A DNA stretch of 32,000 nt from Paracoccus suum. GTDB taxonomy: Bacteria > Pseudomonadota > Alphaproteobacteria > Rhodobacterales > Rhodobacteraceae. Where the stretch lies: positions 1,500,001-1,532,000 of the forward strand of contig NZ_CP030918.1 of NCBI RefSeq assembly GCF_003324675.1. Direction: 5' to 3'. This document shows positions 1-6,551 of this stretch, one piece after another; the stretch's first letter is position 1, and each line of letters starts with the position of its first letter. Both the position numbers and the translations under genes were made by a program. The notes under the pieces were generated by a model. It worked only from the letters and a program-made list of their open reading frames with translations. It was not told where the DNA came from and searched no databases.

Positions 1-645
1 GGCGTCGGGGTGCGCGGCGGCAAGACTGTCCAGCATCTCGGCATGACGGGCTTCCGCCAGAAGTGGGTACCACAGCGCGATCACGCCGACATTCCACTTG
101 CGGGCGATGCGGTCGACAAAGGCGGGCATGCGGGCGTAGTCCGCCTTGACCTCCCAACTCGGGTCGATCAGCAGCAGCCCGCGCCGCGGCTCGGGCGGGG
201 CCAGGCGATTTGCCATGGCAAAGCCGTCCTCGAGATGCACATGCGCGCGGCGGCCCATGGTGCGGTTCAGGGCCTCGGCCTCGGCCGGGTGCAGTTCGGC
301 CAAGTGGATCGGATCGGTGCGCCGCAACAGATGCGCGGCGATCATGGGCGAGCCGGGATAGGCAGTCGCGCCATGCTGCGCGCGGGTGGCGGCGATGGCC
401 CGGGCCAGCGGGTGATCTACGGCCAGCCAACCGCGCGCCAGGGCGCGGGTTATGCCAGCCTCGGCCTCGCCGGTCCGGAGGGCCTCGGGGCCGGCCAGGT
501 CATACAACGCGCGCCCGGCATGGGTTTCCAGATAGCTGAGCGGTTTTGGCTTGACTGTCAGGTAGTCCAGCATCCACGCCAGCAGCGCATGCTTGTGGAG
601 ATCGGCGGCATTTCCGGCGTGGTAGGCATGTTGATAGGACAGCAT
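1..645 (-). CDS. rlmJ: 23S rRNA (adenine2030-N6)-methyltransferase RlmJ; the first 215 codons are present and the C-terminus lies beyond base 1
   Basis: Absent from the ORF track because it runs off the window. Reverse-complement reading from the ATG at 645..643 gives MLSYQHAYHAGNAADLHKHALLAWMLDYLTVKPKP...GLLLIDPSWEVKADY...VIALWYPLL and stays open to base 1. This matches my memory of E. coli RlmJ/YhiR (MLSYRHSFHAGNHADVLKH..., LILIDPPYE..., ALWYP). Confidence 0.85.
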   Translation of the reverse strand, partial: MLSYQHAYHAGNAADLHKHALLAWMLDYLTVKPKPLSYLETHAGRALYDLAGPEALRTGEAEAGITRALARGWLAVDHPLARAIAATRAQHGATAYPGSPMIAAHLLRRTDPIHLAELHPAEAEALNRTMGRRAHVHLEDGFAMANRLAPPEPRRGLLLIDPSWEVKADYARMPAFVDRIARKWNVGVIALWYPLLAEARHAEMLDSLAAAHPDA

Positions 646-670
646 ATCCCGCCTTACCCCCTTGCACGGC

Positions 671-714
671 AAAGAAAAAGCGGCGGCGTCTGGGGGAGGA
701 CCAGACACCGCCGC
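671..714 (-). terminator. Rho-independent terminator closing the sRNA array
   Basis: On the minus strand there is a 14-bp stem (714..701 pairing with 693..680, one C/A mismatch) with loop UCCUCCC. It is followed directly by UUUUUCUUU (plus strand 679..671 = aaagaaaaa). Confidence 0.7.
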
Positions 715-950
715 TAAACGCTGATCCGGGGGGAGGACCCGGGCCGCGTAGAGCCGCGACACCGGCCTATGGGGGGAGGGGCCGGGGTCGCTTGGGTGCC
801 GGACCTCAAGGGGGGAGATCGGTCCGGCGGCACCGGCTTCAGGGGGGAGGACCCTTCAACCGGCGATCTTTTGAGCGGCTACCCCTACAAGGGGGAGGAG
901 TGGGGCGCCGCCCATGCCCCGGTCCAAGGGGGAGGAGAGTGGACCGGGAA
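680..950 (-). ncRNA. ccsR: Tandem array of CcsR / 'cuckoo'-type small RNAs: seven stem-loops, each presenting a CCUCCC-containing loop
   Basis: Plus-strand hairpins lie at about 918-948, 877-909, 833-863, 796-833, 761-788, 726-742 and 680-714. Each has a G-rich loop (GGGAGGA, AGGGGGAGGAGAG, GGGGGGAGG and similar), which reads CCUCCC(CC) on the minus strand. The array sits immediately 3' of a DUF1127 gene on the same strand, the arrangement known for ccaF1-ccsR1-4 in Rhodobacter sphaeroides. Boundaries of individual sRNAs are not resolved. Confidence 0.75.
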
Positions 951-956
951 AACTGT

Positions 957-1184
957 TCAGAGGGCGAGGCCGTCGGCGGCGTCGCGGGCAACCTGCCGGA
1001 TCGAGCCACGGCTGAGGCCGAGGTCGGCGAGGTCGCGATCGCTCAGCGCACCAAGCTCACGCACTGTCTGGCGATAGATCGAACGACGTGCACGGGCGAC
1101 CCGCAGGTTCTCGAGCATGACGCTGACGCGCGAGGCGACGCCATGCTGGGCGGTGTGGGCGATATTCTGGTCAAACGCGGACAT
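957..1184 (-). CDS. ccaF1: DUF1127 small protein (CcaF1-like sRNA-associated RNA-binding protein family)
   Basis: 75 aa. The C-terminal part RRSIYRQTVRELGALSDRDLADLGLSRGSI is the typical DUF1127 signature. The symbol is assigned from synteny with the downstream CCUCCC-loop sRNA array. Confidence 0.85.
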   Translation of the reverse strand: MSAFDQNIAHTAQHGVASRVSVMLENLRVARARRSIYRQTVRELGALSDRDLADLGLSRGSIRQVARDAADGLAL

Positions 1185-1534
1185 TGGAGCGGACTTTCAA
1201 GTAAAGTTCTGCAGGCTGGCGTTGCCCTCGGGCTTGCTGCTGCGTTGGATCATAGATGGCCTATTTGCTGCAGCTGCACAATGCCCGTTCAGGCAAAACA
1301 GATATGCATTTCACGCACAAACACTGCGACAAAATGCAGCACGGCCTATCGAAATTGTTATTGAACCGCTCGGTTCCGTCACTATTCCTTCACAAGCCAT
1401 GCAATTAACGCAACGTCAGGTGTACCTGTTGCTGCGTTGCGGCATGGGGTCGAGTGCGCGCCGTTTGCGCCCCTGCACTTGTCGTTGTCGGGCCATGGGC
1501 ACAAGATCGTCCTGAACAGATGTAGGGGTGCGAC

Positions 1535-2611
1535 ATGACGATCAGCCGCGACGAGGTGATGGCCGTGCTTGATCAGATCGCGGTCGAAGGGGGCGGCACG
1601 CTCGCCTCGCGTGATCTGGTGCGCGCACTGTCCGTAGAGGGCGGCGCGGTCCGCTTTGTGATCGAGGTGCCAGACGCCGCGGCGGCAACCGCCATGCAAC
1701 CGGCCGAGGCCGAGGCCCGCGCCCGGCTAGAGGCGCTGGCGGGCGTTTCGCAGGTCAGCATTGTGACCACCGCCCCTACCGTGCGCGAATCCGGACGCGG
1801 CGCGGCGCCCGACCTCAAGATCGGCCGCCACCCGACCCCGCAGACGGGTCCCGAGCCCGTGCCGGGCGTCGGTCGCATTTTGGTCGTCGGCTCAGGCAAG
1901 GGCGGGGTCGGCAAGTCGACGCTGACCGCCAACCTCGCCGTTGCTCTGGCGCGGCAGGGGCGGCGGGTGGGGCTGCTGGACGCGGACATCTATGGCCCGT
2001 CGCAGCCGCGCATGATGGGCGTATCTGGTCGGCCCGAGGCGCCGGACGGCAAGACCATGCAGCCGCTAGTCGGGCATGGCGTCAAGGTGATGTCGCTTGG
2101 GCTGCTGGTGCCCGACGGGCAGGCCATCGTCTGGCGCGGCCCGATGCTGATGGGTGCGATGCAGCAGATGCTGGGGCAGGTGGCCTGGGCCCCGCTGGAC
2201 GTGCTGCTGATTGACCTGCCGCCGGGGACCGGCGACGTGCAACTGACGCTGTGCCAGAAGACTCGACTGGACGGCGCGATCATCGTCTCCACCCCACAGG
2301 ACGTGGCCCTGATCGACGCGCGTCGCGCTGTGGACATGTTCCGCCGCCTCGGCACCCCGATCCTCGGCCTGGTCGAGAACATGGCCAGCTACTGCTGCCC
2401 GAACTGCAACCACGTCACCCACCCCTTCGGCCACGGTGGCGTGCGCGACGAGGCGGCCCGCATGGGCTCGCCCTTCCTGGGGGAGATCCCGCTGGACCTG
2501 GATGTGCGGATGTCGGGTGACCGCGGCGTGCCGGTCGCGGCAGGCGAGGGACCGATTGCCGATGCCTATGCGCATCTGGCGCGCGGGCTGATTACTTCAG
2601 GTGCCGCGTAA
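1535..2611 (+). CDS. apbC: Fe-S cluster carrier ATPase, Mrp/ApbC/NBP35 family
   Basis: 358 aa with an N-terminal DUF59-like segment, a deviant Walker A GSGKGGVGKSTLTANLA and a C-terminal CPNCNH motif. AGGGG lies about 7 nt upstream of the ATG. Confidence 0.9.
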   Translation: MTISRDEVMAVLDQIAVEGGGTLASRDLVRALSVEGGAVRFVIEVPDAAAATAMQPAEAEARARLEALAGVSQVSIVTTAPTVRESGRGAAPDLKIGRHPTPQTGPEPVPGVGRILVVGSGKGGVGKSTLTANLAVALARQGRRVGLLDADIYGPSQPRMMGVSGRPEAPDGKTMQPLVGHGVKVMSLGLLVPDGQAIVWRGPMLMGAMQQMLGQVAWAPLDVLLIDLPPGTGDVQLTLCQKTRLDGAIIVSTPQDVALIDARRAVDMFRRLGTPILGLVENMASYCCPNCNHVTHPFGHGGVRDEAARMGSPFLGEIPLDLDVRMSGDRGVPVAAGEGPIADAYAHLARGLITSGAA

Positions 2612-2621
2612 GCCCGGAGGG

Positions 2622-2930
2622 CTACCGGTTCGCCTCTGGTACGACAACTTCGTCGGCGCGGGCGAGGCCCAGTACCTCGCGCGCCTGCTGGTCCAGGAGT
2701 TCCAGGTCGAGATAGTCGTTCGACAGCCGCCGAGTCAGGTTCGCCATGCGATCCACCTCTGCCTGCAGGCGGTCACGCTCGGCCTCCAGCTCACGGGTCT
2801 CGGCGTCCAGCTGGACGCGCCTCAGGATGCCCGACGGGCCCTGCACCGCAGCGAAGGCGAAGTAGAGCCCCATCAGCAGCATGAGGGCAAAAATCACGAG
2901 GGCGCTGATCGATAGGCGGGACTGGGTCAT
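2622..2930 (-). CDS. ftsB: Septum formation initiator, FtsB/DivIC family
   Basis: 102 aa. N-terminal TM helix (ISALVIFALMLLMGLYFAFAAV) followed by a short coiled coil (LDAETRELEAERDRLQAEVDRMANL) and the ...YLDLELLDQQAREVLGLARADEVVV tail typical of FtsB. Confidence 0.8.
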   Translation of the reverse strand: MTQSRLSISALVIFALMLLMGLYFAFAAVQGPSGILRRVQLDAETRELEAERDRLQAEVDRMANLTRRLSNDYLDLELLDQQAREVLGLARADEVVVPEANR

Positions 2931-3223
2931 GGGCCTGCGTCTGTCTGGTTGAGGCCATCATGCCACGCCGAGGTCGGGCGAGAAAGTAGGCGCTGAAATG
3001 ATTCGTGCGGCGCATTCCTGGTCCGAAAAGCACGTGTAAAGCGGCAAAAATCCACAACCGGAAATTGTATCTACTTATCGCTTTGAAAGTACATTCGTGC
3101 TAAAATAGTTTGTCTCGAAAATGTCTAAAGCCTTGAGTTGAGCTTGCTTGCCACTCCCTGACCCCATCGCCACGCAATCTCCGGAAGAGCCAAAGGGACC
3201 ATTTCCCCTCGGCTTGGCGGCTC

Positions 3224-4324
3224 ATGCAGGAGGCTATGATGACGACAGGACCCGCGCAAATCGCCTATGGCGGATTTCTCGGTTTATTGGGCAGCGCAAG
3301 CGACATCGATGCGACGATCAACGTCGATCAGAGCGCCGGCGCGCAGAACATCTCGATTGAATTTCACCGTTCGCTGCTTGGCGCGATCTTGCCCGATCCG
3401 CTGAACACCGAATGGGACCTGTACACCCTGACCGAGGTTTCGGACCCGGGGAACGTCGGCTCTGCCGTCCTCGGTAACGGCACGGGCGATACGGACGCCC
3501 TGCAGCCTGACGGGACGAGCCTGACCAACCGTAACGACTGGCAGCACGACACCTTCAAGTTCACCTTCGACACCTCGGCCCAGGCTTGGAAGGACTTGGC
3601 CATCGGCGAGAGCCTGACGGTCGAATACCGGGTCGACGCGGTAGAATATGGTGCCATCGGCGGCGGCACGGATGAGTTGACCATCAAACTGACCTTCGTG
3701 AAGACCTGCTTCACTGCAGACAGTTTGATCCTCATGGCCGACGGGACCGAGCGCCGCGCCGGTGACATCAACGTCGGGGACATGATCGCGACCGTCGACA
3801 ATGGCGCGCGCCCTGTGCGCTGGGTCGGCAAGACGGTCGTCGCAGGTGCCGAGCTGGAGCACTTCCCCAGCTGGAAGCCGGTCATTATCCGCGCAGGTGC
3901 GCTGGGCGGCGGCCTGCCGGCGAGCGACCTGCAAGTCTCGCAACTGCACCGGGTCGTGGTGCGCGGCGCGGTGGCGCGGCAGCATTTCGACAGCAATGAG
4001 GTGCTGGTCGCCGCGCGCTTCCTGACGGCGCTTGACGGGGTCGAGATCGTCGAGGACGCCAGCCACGTCGACTACGTCCACTTCATGTTCGACCGCCACG
4101 AGATCATCACCGCCAACGGTGTGCAGAGCGAAAGCTTCTGTGTCTCGCCGCTGTCGCGCAACCAGGTGGGCGCGGCCCAGCTGGTCGAGCTGGAAGCCTT
4201 TTTCCCCGACCTTGCGGCGATCGTTCGCACCGGCCGGCAGGATCTGGTTCGTCCCGTCGCGCGCGGCCCGCTGGCCGAAAAGATCATCGCGGGCCACCGG
4301 ACCCAGGGAATCGCGCTGCAATAA
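3224..4324 (+). CDS. Hint (Hedgehog/intein-like, Hint_2-type) domain protein with a variable N-terminal beta-rich passenger region
   Basis: The C-terminal ~200 aa are CFTADSLILMADGTERRAGDINVGDMIATVDNGARPVRWVG...PVIIRAGALGGGLPASDLQVSQLHRVVV...VDYVHFMFDRHEIITANGVQSESF, the pattern of Rhodobacterales Hint_2 proteins, starting at the nucleophile-position Cys. AGGAGG at 3228-3233 favours the internal ATG at 3236 or 3239 as the true start. No signal peptide and no GGxGxD RTX repeats. Confidence 0.8.
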   Translation: MQEAMMTTGPAQIAYGGFLGLLGSASDIDATINVDQSAGAQNISIEFHRSLLGAILPDPLNTEWDLYTLTEVSDPGNVGSAVLGNGTGDTDALQPDGTSLTNRNDWQHDTFKFTFDTSAQAWKDLAIGESLTVEYRVDAVEYGAIGGGTDELTIKLTFVKTCFTADSLILMADGTERRAGDINVGDMIATVDNGARPVRWVGKTVVAGAELEHFPSWKPVIIRAGALGGGLPASDLQVSQLHRVVVRGAVARQHFDSNEVLVAARFLTALDGVEIVEDASHVDYVHFMFDRHEIITANGVQSESFCVSPLSRNQVGAAQLVELEAFFPDLAAIVRTGRQDLVRPVARGPLAEKIIAGHRTQGIALQ

Positions 4325-4361
4325 CAGCTGCCAGCCTCGGCTGGCCTGTTGATGAAACGAG

Positions 4362-4400
4362 GGCTGCCCGGGGGCGTGGACCGGGCAGCCATTCGCTTTG
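4362..4400 (+). terminator. Candidate intrinsic terminator after the Hint gene
   Basis: Perfect 10-bp stem GGCTGCCCGG (4362-4371) / CCGGGCAGCC (4381-4390) with a 9-nt loop, followed by ATTCGCTTTGG, which is only a weak T tract. Confidence 0.4.
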
Positions 4401-4508
4401 GAGGCTGACGGCAATGCCATGTCGCGCAACCGACAAAGTGCACGATCAGGCTTACCCAAGGGGTCGGCCTGATGACTTCCGAACTGATCTTTTGCGAGGA
4501 GAATCAGC

Positions 4509-5060
4509 ATGAACGTACAACCCGAAGGGACTTCCACTGGCCGGGACGCCATCATTGGCCGTTTGCCGGGTGATCCGCCGTTCGGCATGCCCGAGGCGCA
4601 GGCCGAGACCTGCGCCACCGTACGTGACATGCTATATCTCGCCGCCCATGACAGTGCCTTCTCGCAGCTCACCGGGCTGCGGCTGGTCGAGATGCTGACC
4701 CATCACGCCGCGAACGAGCAGGTGATCCTGCTACGCAGGGGCGAATACCCAGTCGCTTTCGGCATCTGGGCGCGGATGTCCGAGGAAGCGCTGCGCAAGC
4801 TTATGAACAAGGGCTACGAGGCACTGGAGGCGGCGGACCTCGCAAGCGGCGACAAGATCGTCATGGTCGGCATTTGCGCGCCGTGGCGGCGCGAGGATTT
4901 CGACTTCATCTTCACGCGAAGCGGCAACACCCTCGACGACGGCTCGGGCGAGGGCGGCTGGTATCTGGTGCTGCCGGCCGTCAAGAACATGCGCAAGCGC
5001 CTGACCCGCTTCAGGCGCACCAGCCCGACCAGCGGCGTGTTGGAGGAGGCCCGACTGTAA
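4509..5060 (+). CDS. HlyC/CyaC/ApxC-family (RTX-toxin-activating lysine acyltransferase) homologue
   Basis: 183 aa. QVILLRRGEYPVAFGIWARMSEEALRKL...LASGDKIVMVGICAPW aligns by eye with E. coli HlyC QYVLLTRDNYPVAYCSWANLSLENEIKYL...WTSGDRKWFIDWIAPF. GAGGAG lies 7 nt upstream of the ATG. Confidence 0.7.
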   Translation: MNVQPEGTSTGRDAIIGRLPGDPPFGMPEAQAETCATVRDMLYLAAHDSAFSQLTGLRLVEMLTHHAANEQVILLRRGEYPVAFGIWARMSEEALRKLMNKGYEALEAADLASGDKIVMVGICAPWRREDFDFIFTRSGNTLDDGSGEGGWYLVLPAVKNMRKRLTRFRRTSPTSGVLEEARL

Positions 5061-5168
5061 CTTGGAAATGCCGGGAGGCGATGCTCCGGCGTCGCCCGCC
5101 ACTGTGGCCCGCGACGTACCTGAAGACGCAAGCTCTAGCTCGCCAAGGCGGGGCGCGACGCTGCCAAC

Positions 5169-6446
5169 TCAGCCCGCGTGCAACAGCCGGTGCAGGACCA
5201 GGGACATCACCTTGGCGCTCTCCTCCATGTCCTGCACGCCGATCCATTCATCCGGTTGGTGCGCGAGGTCCAGAACACCCGGACCATATGCAATGCAGTT
5301 CTTCAGCTTGCCGATGCGGTCGATATGCTTTTGATCGTAGGTGCCGGGGCTGACGACATACGCGGCCTCACGACCCAGCACCGTTTCGATGGCGGCGGCG
5401 GTGGCGGTGACAACTGGAGCGTCGCGATCGGTCATTGAGGGGATCACCTCGAACAGATCGCGCACCTCGTAGCGAAAGGTCGGGCGCTCGGCGCGCACAC
5501 GCTCCAGCAGAGCTGTAACCTCGCGCTTTACCTCGGTGAGGTCCTCCTCGATCAGATAGCGGCGGTCGATCACGATGCGGCAGCGGTCGGGCACACAGGC
5601 GGACGGCAGGCCGGTGTAGTCCTCGGCCTGCTCCACCGCGCCGCCGTGGATGCTGTTGATGTTCAGCGTGCTGGACCGGGCGCCATCCGGGATCACCGGC
5701 ATCGCCGTGCGGCGGCTGGCGAGCAGCGGTATCAGGTTCGCCTCGATCTCGGCCAGCACGGCACCCATGTGGCGGACGGCGCAGTCGCCCAGGAAGGGCA
5801 TCGAGCCATGGGCGATCCGCCCCTCTGTCTCGATCTCCGCCCACCAGACACCGCGATGGCCGAGGCAGATGCGGTCCTTGTGCAGCGGCTCGGGGATCAG
5901 GACGTGCTGGACACGGTCGAAATGGCCCTGCTGGGCGAGATAGGCGACCCCGCCAAAGCCGCCCGATTCCTCGTCGGCGGTGGCGCTGATCTCGATGCTG
6001 CCGGCGAAGTCGGGACAGGCGGCAACGAACGCCTCGGCGGCGATGATGCTGGCGGCGAGGCCGCCCTTCATGTCGCAGGCGCCGCGGCCATAGATGCGCC
6101 CGCCATCCTCGTCCGTCAGCTCGCCCCCGAACGGATCGCGGGTCCAGCCGTGGCCGACCTCGACCACGTCGTGATGGCTGTTGAAATGAACGCAGTCACC
6201 GGACCCTGTGCCCTCGCGCCGCGCCACGATATTCCAGCGCGGATAGGCCTCGCTGTCACCGGGCGCGCCGACCGCCCGGATCAACTGGCAATCCCACCCC
6301 TGCGGCGCCATGCGTGCCGCGATAGCGTCGCAGATATCGCGGTAATGCAGCCCCGGGGGGTTCAGCGTCGGGATGCGGATCAGCTGTTGCGTCAGGGCGA
6401 TCAGCTGGTCGCGGCGGGATTCGATCTGGGAAAAAAGGCGGTCCAT
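5169..6446 (-). CDS. M20-family metallopeptidase (ArgE/DapE-like deacylase)
   Basis: 425 aa with the motifs HFNSHHDVV, GRGACDMKGG and ISATADEESGG, typical of acetylornithine deacetylase / succinyl-DAP desuccinylase relatives. The substrate cannot be assigned. Confidence 0.8.
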   Translation of the reverse strand: MDRLFSQIESRRDQLIALTQQLIRIPTLNPPGLHYRDICDAIAARMAPQGWDCQLIRAVGAPGDSEAYPRWNIVARREGTGSGDCVHFNSHHDVVEVGHGWTRDPFGGELTDEDGGRIYGRGACDMKGGLAASIIAAEAFVAACPDFAGSIEISATADEESGGFGGVAYLAQQGHFDRVQHVLIPEPLHKDRICLGHRGVWWAEIETEGRIAHGSMPFLGDCAVRHMGAVLAEIEANLIPLLASRRTAMPVIPDGARSSTLNINSIHGGAVEQAEDYTGLPSACVPDRCRIVIDRRYLIEEDLTEVKREVTALLERVRAERPTFRYEVRDLFEVIPSMTDRDAPVVTATAAAIETVLGREAAYVVSPGTYDQKHIDRIGKLKNCIAYGPGVLDLAHQPDEWIGVQDMEESAKVMSLVLHRLLHAG

Positions 6447-6551
6447 CGCATGACGCTAGGTGCGGCGCGCAGACTGTGCAAGGAACCCCCTGCGCGCACA
6501 TCGTGTTCGGTGCTGAAGCGCTGACGCCGCGCCATTTTTCAAGGGGACCCC

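Noticed and set aside
10-717. 235-aa plus-strand ORF (and nested ORFs 146-361 and 210-539) at the window start
   Set aside because: The composition is R/G/A/P/H-rich with no motif. The opposite strand encodes an unmistakable RlmJ N-terminus from the ATG at 645, so these are antisense shadow ORFs of a GC-rich gene.
680-950. Could the repeated GGGGAGG-containing units be a CRISPR array or REP/MITE elements?
   Set aside because: The units are hairpins with different stems and irregular spacing. Only the loop motif is conserved, there are no constant direct repeats or spacers, and there are no cas genes. The context (DUF1127 gene, terminal U tract) fits CcsR-type sRNAs.
1252-1282. Possible RpoH-type promoter for the DUF1127-sRNA unit (minus strand ATTGTG-N17-CCATCTAT)
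   Set aside because: It only loosely resembles heat-shock sigma consensus sequences and I cannot score it. It is mentioned as something to test, not annotated.
769-1364. Plus-strand ORFs 769-1077 and 792-1364 with Gly-rich translations
   Set aside because: They are produced by reading through the G-rich loops of the sRNA hairpins and through the antisense of the DUF1127 gene. There is no SD, the composition is odd, and the region is better explained as a minus-strand sRNA array.
3224-4324. RTX nonapeptide (GGxGxD) repeats or a T1SS signal in the Hint protein, which would explain the neighbouring HlyC homologue
   Set aside because: I found no tandem GGxGxD repeats, only isolated Gly-rich bits such as AIGGGTDEL. 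No hlyB/hlyD/tolC-like genes are in the window.
3284-4672. 462-aa minus-strand ORF covering the Hint gene and the downstream intergenic region (also 3364-3996 and 4072-4443)
   Set aside because: It is a shadow ORF with R/A/G/D/V/L-rich low-information sequence. It crosses an obvious hairpin and intergenic region, and the plus strand has a clear Hint_2 domain.
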